Shown here in pieces: positions 9,558 through 18,545 of a DNA stretch of 64,000 nucleotides (positions are counted from its first letter, which is position 1; each line of letters opens with the position of its first letter). The stretch covers positions 3,104,001 through 3,168,000 of the forward strand of contig OZ223209.1 in NCBI GenBank assembly GCA_965140415.1. The letters run 5' to 3'. The notes under the pieces are model-generated. The model saw only the letters and a program-made list of their open reading frames with translations, was not told the origin of the DNA and made no database searches. A program made the position numbers and the translations under genes. The DNA is from Myxococcota bacterium. Its GTDB lineage: Bacteria; Myxococcota_A; SURF-8.

Positions 9558-12500
9558 ATGAAGCCGGGACTGCTACTTTATACTCTAGTTCTATTGGTTT
9601 CGTTTATGCTGTTACCAGCCGGATGCGGTTCTTCGGACAGTAACGAAAACGATGATCAAAGCTGTTTGGATTATTCCTGTGGAGAGCATGGCCGTTGCGT
9701 TGTTTCAACCGATGGCCCCGCCTGTGTGTGTGATGCAGGCTATACGGGAGACGATTGCGACAGTTGCGCCGCAGGTTACGAACGCAGCGGTGGAGATTGC
9801 TTGAAAAGCGATCCATGTGCGGAGGATCCCTGTCGGCACGGCGTCTGTATGGTTGTAAATGGAGAAGCAAGCTGTTCCTGTCATGCCGGATACGCAGGAG
9901 CGTTATGCGATCGCTGCGATCTTGGATATGTGGCAGTCGGTTTGGAATGCCTGCCGGAGTCGATCTGTTCGTCTGAAAGCTGCGTACACGGTGCCTGCAT
10001 GTATGAAGATGGAGAAGCGGTTTGTGCTTGCGATACCGGTTATACGGGAGACCATTGCGATGAGTGTGCGGCAGGGTACGTTCAGGATGGAGACCGCTGC
10101 GTGCCCGGCGAGGAAGATGACATCTGCGATCCCAATCCCTGTAACGAAAACAACCGCACGATCTGTGTCGAAGACGAAGAGGAACTGTATCGTTGCGAGT
10201 GCGATCCGGGTTACATGTTGCAAGATGATCAATGCGTCCTGCAAGGCGGGCCATGTACGCCCAATCCCTGCGAAGAAGAGCATCGCACACGCTGTGTAAC
10301 CGATGGGGAGAATTACACCTGTGAATGCGACAACGGCTATTACGATGACGGCGGAACATGCGTCCAGAGCAGCGGTCCCTGCCAGCCGAATCCCTGCACC
10401 GAAGCCTATCGATCGGTTTGTCAGGAAAGCGGTGAGGACGCTTACGTCTGCTTGTGTGATCCCGGTTACACGGAGGAGCAGGGCGTTTGCGTCGAAAATT
10501 CCGCCTGTTCACCCAATCCATGCACAATCGTTCATCAAACCGTCTGTGTTGAAATCACCGAGGGGTATCGCTGCGACTGCGATACCGGCTACCATGAAGA
10601 AAATGGGGGATGTGTTCTCGACAGCGTGTGCAGTCCCAATCCATGCGACGAAGCAAATCGGAGCCGCTGCTTGGAGCAGGGAGATAGCTACGAATGCCTG
10701 TGCGATCCGGGGTATCACCTGGAATCCGAATCTTGTGTTTTAGATGAGACTTGTGATGCTGCTACAACCTGTTCCGGTCATGGACAATGTGCAGGAAGCG
10801 GGCTGGACTGCATCTGTGATGAGGAATACGCGGGTTCTCATTGTGAAGACTGTGCCGAAGGCTATCATGAAACGGCGACATTCGATTGCGTCGCCGATAC
10901 GCCTTGCGATCCGAATCCCTGCACAACCGTTAACAAGACGGAATGCGTTGCACAGGGCGATTCCTTCACATGCGAATGCGATGAAGGCTATCAGGATGAA
11001 AACGACGATGGCTCCTGTCTGCCGGATTGCAGCACCGCCTCGATCAATTGCGGAGATTTCGGACATTGCGAAATCGTAGCAGGGCAGGCGAATTGCGTAT
11101 GCAACGAAGGCTATCTTGGACCGCTGTGCGATATGCGCAGTTGCGGCACGGTAGTGGAATACGATCCCGGCTCGCAAACGATCAATCATCTGTTTATTCG
11201 TGGAGAGTTTAACGGATGGGGAGAAGGCGATGAACTTGAAAAGGAAGAAGACGGAATCTACCGCATCACGCTGACGCTGACTCCCGGCGATTACGCCTAC
11301 AAGCTGTTCAACCAAGACAGCAACACCTGGTTCGAAGATCCGGGTAATCCCTTTACTAAGTACGTTAATGGCCAGCGCAATTCCCGCCTGCGTGTTTCGG
11401 ACTGTGATGAACCGCAATTGGTTCTTTTAGAGTCTCCCGAGGTTTCAGGAAACGACATCTCATTCGATGTGGCGATCATTCGTGGAAACGCAGGCTCCGC
11501 CATCGATTCTGATTTACTTGTCGCCACACGCAACGGGCAAACGCTTGCCAGCATGTACGATGCGGAAAATCGACGTTTCACGATTCGCGACACGAACCTG
11601 TCTCCCAACAAGTACGCCTATCAGTTCCGTGTGACGGATGAAAGCGGGAAGTCGTCGAACAAGTTGTTCGTGCCGGTCTGGGTTGAAGAGCAACAATTCG
11701 ATTGGAAAGACGGCGTCATGTACTTCGTCATGACTGACCGCTTCAACGATGGCGATTCCTCCAACAACGCATTAGCTCCCAATGTGGATTTCCGTGCCAA
11801 CTGGCAGGGCGGCGATTTCGCCGGAGTCTCGGATAAAATCCAGAGCGGCTATTTCGACGATCTGGGCGTGAACGTGATCTGGATTTCTTCGATCAGCATG
11901 AATACACAGGGATCGGGGATGGGCGTTTCAGACGGTAAAAACTATTCCGGCTATCATTCCTATTGGCCGGTTTCCACCGGATGGACGGAAGAAGAACCCC
12001 TTTCGGGTGTCGAAGCGGTCGATCCGCACTTCGGTGATCTTCAGGAATTCAAGGATCTGGTGGAAGAAGCGCATCTGCATGGTATTCGCGTGATTGTCGA
12101 TTTCGTCGCCAATCATTTCCACGAATCTCATCCGCTCTATCAGCAACATAAAAACGACGGCTGGTTCCATACGCCGCAGTATGTGTGCGGCTGGGATCGT
12201 CCCATCGAATGCTGGTTCACCGGTTACTTACCCGATTTGGAATACAAGAACCTGGATGTTCTGGACCGCATGACCGACCACGCCGTCTGGTTGGTTCAGG
12301 AAACCAACATAGACGGTTTCAGGCTGGACGCCGTAAAGCACATGATCCACGATTTCGGCTGGACTTTGCGTGCGCGCATCGATGAAGAGGTCGATACAAC
12401 GGAGGATATCCGCTTTTACATGGTCGGCGAAACCTTCGTCGGCGCAGACGAAGCCAGCACGATTCTCGCCTATATCGGCGAGGACGAACTGGACGGCCAA

Positions 12501-13193
12501 TTCGATTTTCCGATCTACTGGCGCGTTTTGTGGACTTTCTTGAAGGAAAGCAGCGACTTCAACTCCTTAAACGGTTTCATGAATATCAATGACAGCTACT
12601 ATCCAGATTACGCGGTCATGAGTAACTTCATGGGCAACCACGATGTCGCCCGCGCCATCAGCGAAGCGAATTTCGAAAACGTGGGTGATCCCTGGGGCTA
12701 TCAACCCGGTGTGCCATCGAATGTGGATGTGTTCAAGAAAATGCGTTTGGCCTGGTCCTATCTGCTGACCATCCCCGGCATCCCCTTGATTTACTACGGA
12801 GACGAAATCGGTCTTCCGGGAGCCAGCGACCCGGATAACCGTCGCATGATGATCTTCGGAAACGAGCTTTCGACGGATCAGAACAACACCCTGCAACACG
12901 TGCGGGCCTTGGGACAGATTCGACGCAATCACCCGGCTTTGTCGCGCGGTACACGTACCACGTTGAGCATCGATGCTGATTTCTGGGTGTATGCGCTGGT
13001 TGAAGGCAGTGACAAGGTGGTGGTGGTATTGAATCGAAACGGCTCGGCGCAGTCTCGTAGTGTCAATCTGTCTTCCATAGGCATCACATCAGGCACGCTC
13101 ACAGACGAATTAAACGGCGGTAGCGTTTCGGTTTCCGGGGGTAGCATAACGGTCAATGCACCCGCTAAAAGCGCCCTGATCTTCGCTCAGTAA
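9558..13193 (+). CDS. Lipoprotein: 11 EGF-like modules + CBM48-like domain + GH13 alpha-amylase
   Basis: Lipobox PAG-C; Cys-rich repeats; IRGEFNGW (CBM48/E-set); GH13 regions DFVANH, FRLDAVKH, VGET, GNHD, IYYGDEIG. Confidence 0.9.
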   Translation: MKPGLLLYTLVLLVSFMLLPAGCGSSDSNENDDQSCLDYSCGEHGRCVVSTDGPACVCDAGYTGDDCDSCAAGYERSGGDCLKSDPCAEDPCRHGVCMVVNGEASCSCHAGYAGALCDRCDLGYVAVGLECLPESICSSESCVHGACMYEDGEAVCACDTGYTGDHCDECAAGYVQDGDRCVPGEEDDICDPNPCNENNRTICVEDEEELYRCECDPGYMLQDDQCVLQGGPCTPNPCEEEHRTRCVTDGENYTCECDNGYYDDGGTCVQSSGPCQPNPCTEAYRSVCQESGEDAYVCLCDPGYTEEQGVCVENSACSPNPCTIVHQTVCVEITEGYRCDCDTGYHEENGGCVLDSVCSPNPCDEANRSRCLEQGDSYECLCDPGYHLESESCVLDETCDAATTCSGHGQCAGSGLDCICDEEYAGSHCEDCAEGYHETATFDCVADTPCDPNPCTTVNKTECVAQGDSFTCECDEGYQDENDDGSCLPDCSTASINCGDFGHCEIVAGQANCVCNEGYLGPLCDMRSCGTVVEYDPGSQTINHLFIRGEFNGWGEGDELEKEEDGIYRITLTLTPGDYAYKLFNQDSNTWFEDPGNPFTKYVNGQRNSRLRVSDCDEPQLVLLESPEVSGNDISFDVAIIRGNAGSAIDSDLLVATRNGQTLASMYDAENRRFTIRDTNLSPNKYAYQFRVTDESGKSSNKLFVPVWVEEQQFDWKDGVMYFVMTDRFNDGDSSNNALAPNVDFRANWQGGDFAGVSDKIQSGYFDDLGVNVIWISSISMNTQGSGMGVSDGKNYSGYHSYWPVSTGWTEEEPLSGVEAVDPHFGDLQEFKDLVEEAHLHGIRVIVDFVANHFHESHPLYQQHKNDGWFHTPQYVCGWDRPIECWFTGYLPDLEYKNLDVLDRMTDHAVWLVQETNIDGFRLDAVKHMIHDFGWTLRARIDEEVDTTEDIRFYMVGETFVGADEASTILAYIGEDELDGQFDFPIYWRVLWTFLKESSDFNSLNGFMNINDSYYPDYAVMSNFMGNHDVARAISEANFENVGDPWGYQPGVPSNVDVFKKMRLAWSYLLTIPGIPLIYYGDEIGLPGASDPDNRRMMIFGNELSTDQNNTLQHVRALGQIRRNHPALSRGTRTTLSIDADFWVYALVEGSDKVVVVLNRNGSAQSRSVNLSSIGITSGTLTDELNGGSVSVSGGSITVNAPAKSALIFAQ
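9663..11129 (+). repeat. Tandem EGF-like protein repeats (11 modules)
   Basis: Four 8-Cys modules, six 6-Cys CxPNPC...CxCDxGY...C modules and one terminal canonical EGF, counted by eye. Confidence 0.85.
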
Positions 13194-13205
13194 AGAAGGA
13201 CTCTC

Positions 13206-15920
13206 ATGATTCGCCAAACGAGAAATATGCCGATCTTCTGGCTGTTTGCCCTTTCACTATTCCTTTTACCTGCATGCTCGAATGACGAGGATACGAATCC
13301 CTGTTCCGATATCGACTGTTCCGGGTATGGGGTCTGTGTCGTTCAAGGAGAGGATTATTCCTGTACTTGCGACGGCGGCTACACCGGAAAGGACTGCGAC
13401 CAATGCGCCGCCGACTTCGTGCGCCAGGGCGATGCCTGCGTACCCGATTACGGTGGAGACAATCCCATCATCCCGCCGAGTGATTATGATTACACTTCAG
13501 ATGGCGATCAGAACCCGGATGGTGACCAGCTTCCCGATGGAGACAACACAATCGATGGCGACTCCATTTCGGATGGAGATTCCGTTGTAGATGGTGATGT
13601 GCCTGTCGATGGTGACACGATAGTTGACGGCGATCTTGAAACCGACGGTGACTCGATCACGGATGGGGACAATCCTATTGACGGCGATAGTGTCTTAGAT
13701 GGCGACATGGAGTTGGATGATGCTCCGGATGGCGATATGGTCGAAGATGTAGATTCGCTGGAAGAGGATGTCGATTCCGTAGCCGATAAATGCAGGCCCA
13801 ACCCCTGCTCGGAATACCATCGCACGGTATGCGTCGAAAATCGTCAGGATGGATACTCCTGCGAATGCGACAGCGGCTATCGGTTGGAGCAAGGGCTTTG
13901 CCTGCCGGATTGCACCGTAGATGCGACGCTCTGTCAGGCGGCTTCGGACACCTCGCCTTTACTGGTGAGCGCCAATGGCTTCAGTGCCATCGGATGGAAC
14001 AAGGCTGAACGAAAAGCCGATACGTTCCTGGAGCATATCTATCGCAACTGGGATGAAAACGTATGGACTCGCGATTTGTTATACGATTCCTACTTTGGCC
14101 TGCGATATGGCGATCAGGCGACATGGCTGAACAGCGTTGCACCGGATTATTGGGGCTATGTGCAGGAAAGCGGCATCATTCACATCATCAGAACGGTTGG
14201 TGATTTCAAAGTGGAGTCCTTTTACTTTTCTCCCTGGTCTGTGGCGCGACCGGCTATGACCATGGTGTTGAAGATTACGAGCCTGGCCACTACCACCCAA
14301 TCTGTTTCTGCTTACAGCCTGCATAATTATCATCTGGGTTATATCAGCACGATCGATCCGGTGAATCCCGATGCATTGAATGAAACCATGACATACGACG
14401 TAAATAGCGGAGCGTATTTCGAAAATGGAATAGGGGGAGCGCTGGTCCATCTGCCGTTATCAGGCAGCGATCATCATGCCTGCACGCCGGACAATCCCTA
14501 TCAAGCCCTATTGAACGGACAGGATCTGGCCGACACTGCGTCCAGCGGGCTTGGAAGTGACCGTGTCGCCGGATTCCAGAAGAATTTCACGATAGCCCCT
14601 GGTGAAAGTGCGATTTTCAGTGTGGCTACCGCATTCGATGCTTCTGGTGATTCCGCAGCCGCGTTACAGGATCTTCAAATCGCTTATAGCGGCCATTGTT
14701 GTCAGCAGGCGCTCGATGCCGAACTGGAAGCCTGGGAAAACTGGCGAAAGCCGATCCCCGAAGGCATGAATCTTTCGCCGGAAGAGGAGATGGTCTACCG
14801 ACAGTCGGAAGCGGTGTTGCGCATGGGTCAGGTGAGGGAAACCTCGGATCTTTCTTTCGGTCAGATTCTGGCTTCGATGCCTCCCGGTAACTGGAATATC
14901 TGCTGGATGCGCGATATGACCTATGCCATCATTGCTCTGGTGCAAATGGGACATTGGCAAGAGGCACGCGATGCGCTGGCTTTCGTCCTGAATGCGGATT
15001 CCGGCTACTATCAGGATTACAGCGGTACGCCATACCAGGTGACGATCACACGCTATTTCGGACGTGGAAAAGAGGAAACCGACTCCAACGAAAACGGTCC
15101 GAATATCGAATATGACGGCTTCGGCTTGTTCCTTTGGGCTTTGGCCGAATACCTGGAAGCCTCCGGCGATACGGAACTGTTAACGCAGCACTGGACGACG
15201 ATTCGGGATGAAATTGCCGGTGCACTACTTGCGCTGTTGCAGCCTAACGGCATGATTGCAGCGGATTCCTCCATCTGGGAGGTTCACTGGAACGGACAGC
15301 AGAAACAGTATAGTTATACATCGCTAACCGCAGCAAACGGCTTATGTCGCCTTGCTCCATTGGTCCGAACGGCGGGCTATACAAGCGAAGCCGACAGCTA
15401 CGAGCAGGCCGCGGCGACGTTGCGACAGGGCATTCGCTTGGAATGCATCGATAATGACAACGTACTGGCCAGTTCCATCGAGGAATTGGAATCCGGCTCC
15501 GGCTATTATGACGTCGCCACGGTAGAGGCGTTCAACTGGCCGGTGTTCAATCCGACTGGTGACATCGCCTCGGCGACATTCAACATGTACGATCAGCACC
15601 TGAAAATTTCCAGCGGTCGCGGCTATTTCAGAAACGACGATGGTGGCTGGTACGATTCGCAGGAATGGGTGTTCGTCGATTTGCGCGCCTCTCGGGCATT
15701 GCGACGGGCGGGTCAAACCGAACGTGCCGATGATCTGCTGAATTGGATCACCGCACAGGGAATGCACAATCAGGGTATGATTTCCGAACTGCACGAGCCT
15801 TCCAACGGTACCTATGAAGGTGAATACCCCATGGTGGGATTCGGGGCAGGCGCTTATATTTTGGCCCTGTTCGAGCGTGCTTTCCCATCGGATGTCGCAT
15901 CCGCTTGCGGTCAATGGTAG
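13206..15920 (+). CDS. Lipoprotein: EGF-like modules + DGD repeats + GH15 glucoamylase-like (alpha/alpha)6 domain
   Basis: Lipobox LPA-C; two EGF modules; GH15-type CWMRD and DSSIWE motifs. Confidence 0.8.
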   Translation: MIRQTRNMPIFWLFALSLFLLPACSNDEDTNPCSDIDCSGYGVCVVQGEDYSCTCDGGYTGKDCDQCAADFVRQGDACVPDYGGDNPIIPPSDYDYTSDGDQNPDGDQLPDGDNTIDGDSISDGDSVVDGDVPVDGDTIVDGDLETDGDSITDGDNPIDGDSVLDGDMELDDAPDGDMVEDVDSLEEDVDSVADKCRPNPCSEYHRTVCVENRQDGYSCECDSGYRLEQGLCLPDCTVDATLCQAASDTSPLLVSANGFSAIGWNKAERKADTFLEHIYRNWDENVWTRDLLYDSYFGLRYGDQATWLNSVAPDYWGYVQESGIIHIIRTVGDFKVESFYFSPWSVARPAMTMVLKITSLATTTQSVSAYSLHNYHLGYISTIDPVNPDALNETMTYDVNSGAYFENGIGGALVHLPLSGSDHHACTPDNPYQALLNGQDLADTASSGLGSDRVAGFQKNFTIAPGESAIFSVATAFDASGDSAAALQDLQIAYSGHCCQQALDAELEAWENWRKPIPEGMNLSPEEEMVYRQSEAVLRMGQVRETSDLSFGQILASMPPGNWNICWMRDMTYAIIALVQMGHWQEARDALAFVLNADSGYYQDYSGTPYQVTITRYFGRGKEETDSNENGPNIEYDGFGLFLWALAEYLEASGDTELLTQHWTTIRDEIAGALLALLQPNGMIAADSSIWEVHWNGQQKQYSYTSLTAANGLCRLAPLVRTAGYTSEADSYEQAAATLRQGIRLECIDNDNVLASSIEELESGSGYYDVATVEAFNWPVFNPTGDIASATFNMYDQHLKISSGRGYFRNDDGGWYDSQEWVFVDLRASRALRRAGQTERADDLLNWITAQGMHNQGMISELHEPSNGTYEGEYPMVGFGAGAYILALFERAFPSDVASACGQW
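13500..13736 (+). repeat. DGDxxx hexapeptide tandem repeat (12 units with 18-bp period, plus one outlier)
   Basis: DGDQNP DGDQLP DGDNTI DGDSIS DGDSVV DGDVPV DGDTIV DGDLET DGDSIT DGDNPI DGDSVL DGDMEL ... DGDMVE. Confidence 0.9.
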
Positions 15921-15923
15921 CTC

Positions 15924-18101
15924 ATGGACCGTTTCGCTGCGATTCGTTACCTCTTGGTCTGTGGGTTTTGCCTGATTCCCGGTCTTTTTGTGATCTGCTG
16001 CCAGGATGATTCCGCGAAGCAAACTCAACGCGATTGCCGCCTTACAGTTTATTACGAACCGGAAGAGGGGCATACCGGGCCGTTTTATCTGGTCGGCGAT
16101 TTCAACAACTGGGAAGAAGGGCACACTCGCCTCGTCGATCAAAACGAGGATGGCGTTTACGTAGCGCGTTTGGCGCTTCCACCCGGTCCGGCGTATTACC
16201 GGATCTGGGACGACGGAGAACTGCTGTTGGATGCCAACAATCCGTTGACGGCCTACGACGAGCAGGAAAAAGAGCAATCCTTTCGGCGCATTGCAGATTG
16301 CAGTCAGCCGGAATTGCAAGTACATTCCGTAGAAATCAATGAGGGAAAACTCGATTTGCAATTGCGATTATTGCGAAACGAGTCCGACTTGCCAATCGAT
16401 CCAGAAAGTCTCTCAGTTCAAACGGCGGAAGGATTGAAACTGGGTGCATCTGCTTCCGTTAGTTCGGGAGAAATCGTCGCTACAGGAAGTCTGCCTCTGG
16501 GGAAATCCTGGTTGCAGGTGAAGGCGAAGGATATCGAAGGAAACTCGGCGGAACTCTCATTTCCGGTATGGAATGAAGAAGAGCCCTTTGATTGGCAGGA
16601 CGCGACGATTTACCAGATTGTGGTGGACCGGTTTCGGAAAGGGCAGGGCGTTTTGGCTTCCGGTCCGATCTCGCATTATCTCGGTGGCGATTTGAAGGGA
16701 ATTCAAGAGGCAATTGAACAAGGCTATTTCGAGGAGCTTGGCGTCAACGTGCTGTGGCTGTCTCCACTCTATGACAATCCAGAGGGACTGTATTTTGGCC
16801 TGGACGATCACTGGTACGAAGCCTATCACGGCTACTGGCCCTCCGATTCCCTTTCCGTTGAACCGCATTTCGGTACGCCGGAAGATCTGGATAACCTGGT
16901 GAAGGCTGCACACCAGAAAGGAATCCGCGTGTTGATGGATCTGGTTCCGAATCACGTCCACCAAACCAATCCGTATTTCATTGAAAACAAAGACAAGGAC
17001 TGGTTCAATTTTCCAGACGGCTCCTGTGTGTGCGGTCGCGGTACTTGCTCCTGGGCGACGGACATCGAATACTGCTGGTTTACCGAATACTTACCGGATT
17101 TCAACTGGAAGAAGCTGGAGGTTGTGGACCGTATGCGAGCCGATGCGTTAGCCTGGCTCAAACGCTTCGATCTGGACGGTTTCCGAATTGATGCCGTAGC
17201 CATGATGCCGCGCCTGGCCACCCGCCAGCTTCGCGATGCGTTCAGGACCGCCATTGATATTGGTGGCACGAGAACCTATCTGATCGGTGAAACCTACACC
17301 GGATCGGAAGGGCAGGGCAAGATCCGCTGGTATCTTGGACCGCAGGGATTGGACGGCCAATTCGACTTCCCCCTTATGTGGCAGTTGCGAGAAGTGATCG
17401 CCCATGGATCGGCGGATATGGAGTTGCTACAGGATACCATCGATGAAAGCGAAGCGGCCTGGGAAGGTTCCGGTGCGGTGATGGGATTGATCCTGGGAAA
17501 CCACGATGTCACCCGCTTCATTTCGGAAGCCAACGACGACCCATTGAACGACTCCTGGGGAGCGCCGCCGGAGCAACCACAGAACCGGGAAGCCTATCAG
17601 CGGCTGGCTCTGGCTTTTGCGGTGCTGTTCACATTGCCGGGAGCACCTATTATTTATTATGGAGATGAAATCGGCTTGCCGGGCGCGAGTGACCCGGACA
17701 ATCGCAGACCATTTCCCGTAGACGTCCAGTTAAACGAACATGCTCGCTGGCTTCGTGAGCAGGTTCAACAGCTTGGCCAACTGCGCCAGACGTATTCAGC
17801 CCTACGTCGCGGAAGCAGACGTTCCATTTTGGCAGAAGACAGCACGCTTGGTTTTCTTCGTGAATCGGATGACGCCGATAGTGTTTTGATCCTGTTAAAC
17901 GGAAGCACACAGGCTCGAAAAATTAGCCTGGACCTACAACAATGTGGTAAACTGAAAGATGCTAACGGGTTGATAGACCATTTCGGAACGTCGGTAGGCA
18001 TTCACGACCAGAATCTTTCGCTGGTGTTGCCGCCTTTATCCTTTGCCATCGTAACCGGCTCGGACAAAGGTGAGACATCCCCGAAGACGGAGAAGGAATG
18101 A
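15924..18101 (+). CDS. Probable lipoprotein: CBM48-like + GH13 alpha-amylase (paralog of 9558-13193, no EGF)
   Basis: Hydrophobic N-terminus ending VIC-C; LVGDFNNW; DLVPNH, FRIDAV, IGET, GNHD; LPGASDPDNRR shared with the first GH13. Confidence 0.9.
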   Translation: MDRFAAIRYLLVCGFCLIPGLFVICCQDDSAKQTQRDCRLTVYYEPEEGHTGPFYLVGDFNNWEEGHTRLVDQNEDGVYVARLALPPGPAYYRIWDDGELLLDANNPLTAYDEQEKEQSFRRIADCSQPELQVHSVEINEGKLDLQLRLLRNESDLPIDPESLSVQTAEGLKLGASASVSSGEIVATGSLPLGKSWLQVKAKDIEGNSAELSFPVWNEEEPFDWQDATIYQIVVDRFRKGQGVLASGPISHYLGGDLKGIQEAIEQGYFEELGVNVLWLSPLYDNPEGLYFGLDDHWYEAYHGYWPSDSLSVEPHFGTPEDLDNLVKAAHQKGIRVLMDLVPNHVHQTNPYFIENKDKDWFNFPDGSCVCGRGTCSWATDIEYCWFTEYLPDFNWKKLEVVDRMRADALAWLKRFDLDGFRIDAVAMMPRLATRQLRDAFRTAIDIGGTRTYLIGETYTGSEGQGKIRWYLGPQGLDGQFDFPLMWQLREVIAHGSADMELLQDTIDESEAAWEGSGAVMGLILGNHDVTRFISEANDDPLNDSWGAPPEQPQNREAYQRLALAFAVLFTLPGAPIIYYGDEIGLPGASDPDNRRPFPVDVQLNEHARWLREQVQQLGQLRQTYSALRRGSRRSILAEDSTLGFLRESDDADSVLILLNGSTQARKISLDLQQCGKLKDANGLIDHFGTSVGIHDQNLSLVLPPLSFAIVTGSDKGETSPKTEKE

Positions 18102-18481
18102 GGACATCCAACGCATGGTTATTCTTGTTGATCTCGTTGAGTTTCCTGCTAGTATGCGGCTGTAGCGGTGATGACGATGACCCGGTTTTTCATGATTACG
18201 ATGTAATCATCGATGGAGATCTGGATGTAGTCGACCATTGGGATCCCGGAGATGATCCCGGTGATAATGGAAATTGCGGCAGCGGCTATGGATACGGGGA
18301 AGACTGCACCCCTGTAGAGGGAAATATCGACTGCGATCAAGATCCTTGTGTATATGGTTCCTGTGTCCGTGATACTGGAGAGGACTATTGTCGTTGCGAC
18401 ACAGGGTATTCTGGTGTTTTATGCGACAGTTGTGCGGATGGTTACCACACGGAAAACCTTCGTTGCGTCCCCAATCGATAA
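18098..18481 (+). CDS. Small lipoprotein with one 8-Cys EGF-like module
   Basis: ATGA overlap with the upstream gene; lipobox VCG-C; IIDGDLD; CDQDPCVYGSC...CRCDTGYSGVLCDSCADGY. Confidence 0.8.
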   Translation: MRTSNAWLFLLISLSFLLVCGCSGDDDDPVFHDYDVIIDGDLDVVDHWDPGDDPGDNGNCGSGYGYGEDCTPVEGNIDCDQDPCVYGSCVRDTGEDYCRCDTGYSGVLCDSCADGYHTENLRCVPNR

Positions 18482-18545
18482 CCCATAAACGACCGAAACT
18501 TCCAGGCATGGAAGTTTCTTTAATCTGCTTGAATAGGAACGAATC

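Noticed and set aside
9604-11417. Long alternative-frame and antisense ORFs over the EGF region (e.g. 9604-10527, 10740-11417), and similar shadows elsewhere (15342-16361, 49804-50715, 57842-58669)
   Set aside because: They overlap well-supported genes, lack RBS and family motifs, and are expected from codon bias and repeats.
13500-13736. CRISPR array or DNA-level VNTR
   Set aside because: The 18-bp period lies inside a CDS with synonymous divergence and has no repeat-spacer structure or cas genes.
9558-18481. Eukaryotic contamination or chimeric assembly suggested by EGF repeats
   Set aside because: The EGF modules are fused in frame to bacterial lipoboxes and bacterial-type GH domains, in an intron-free operon with SD sites.
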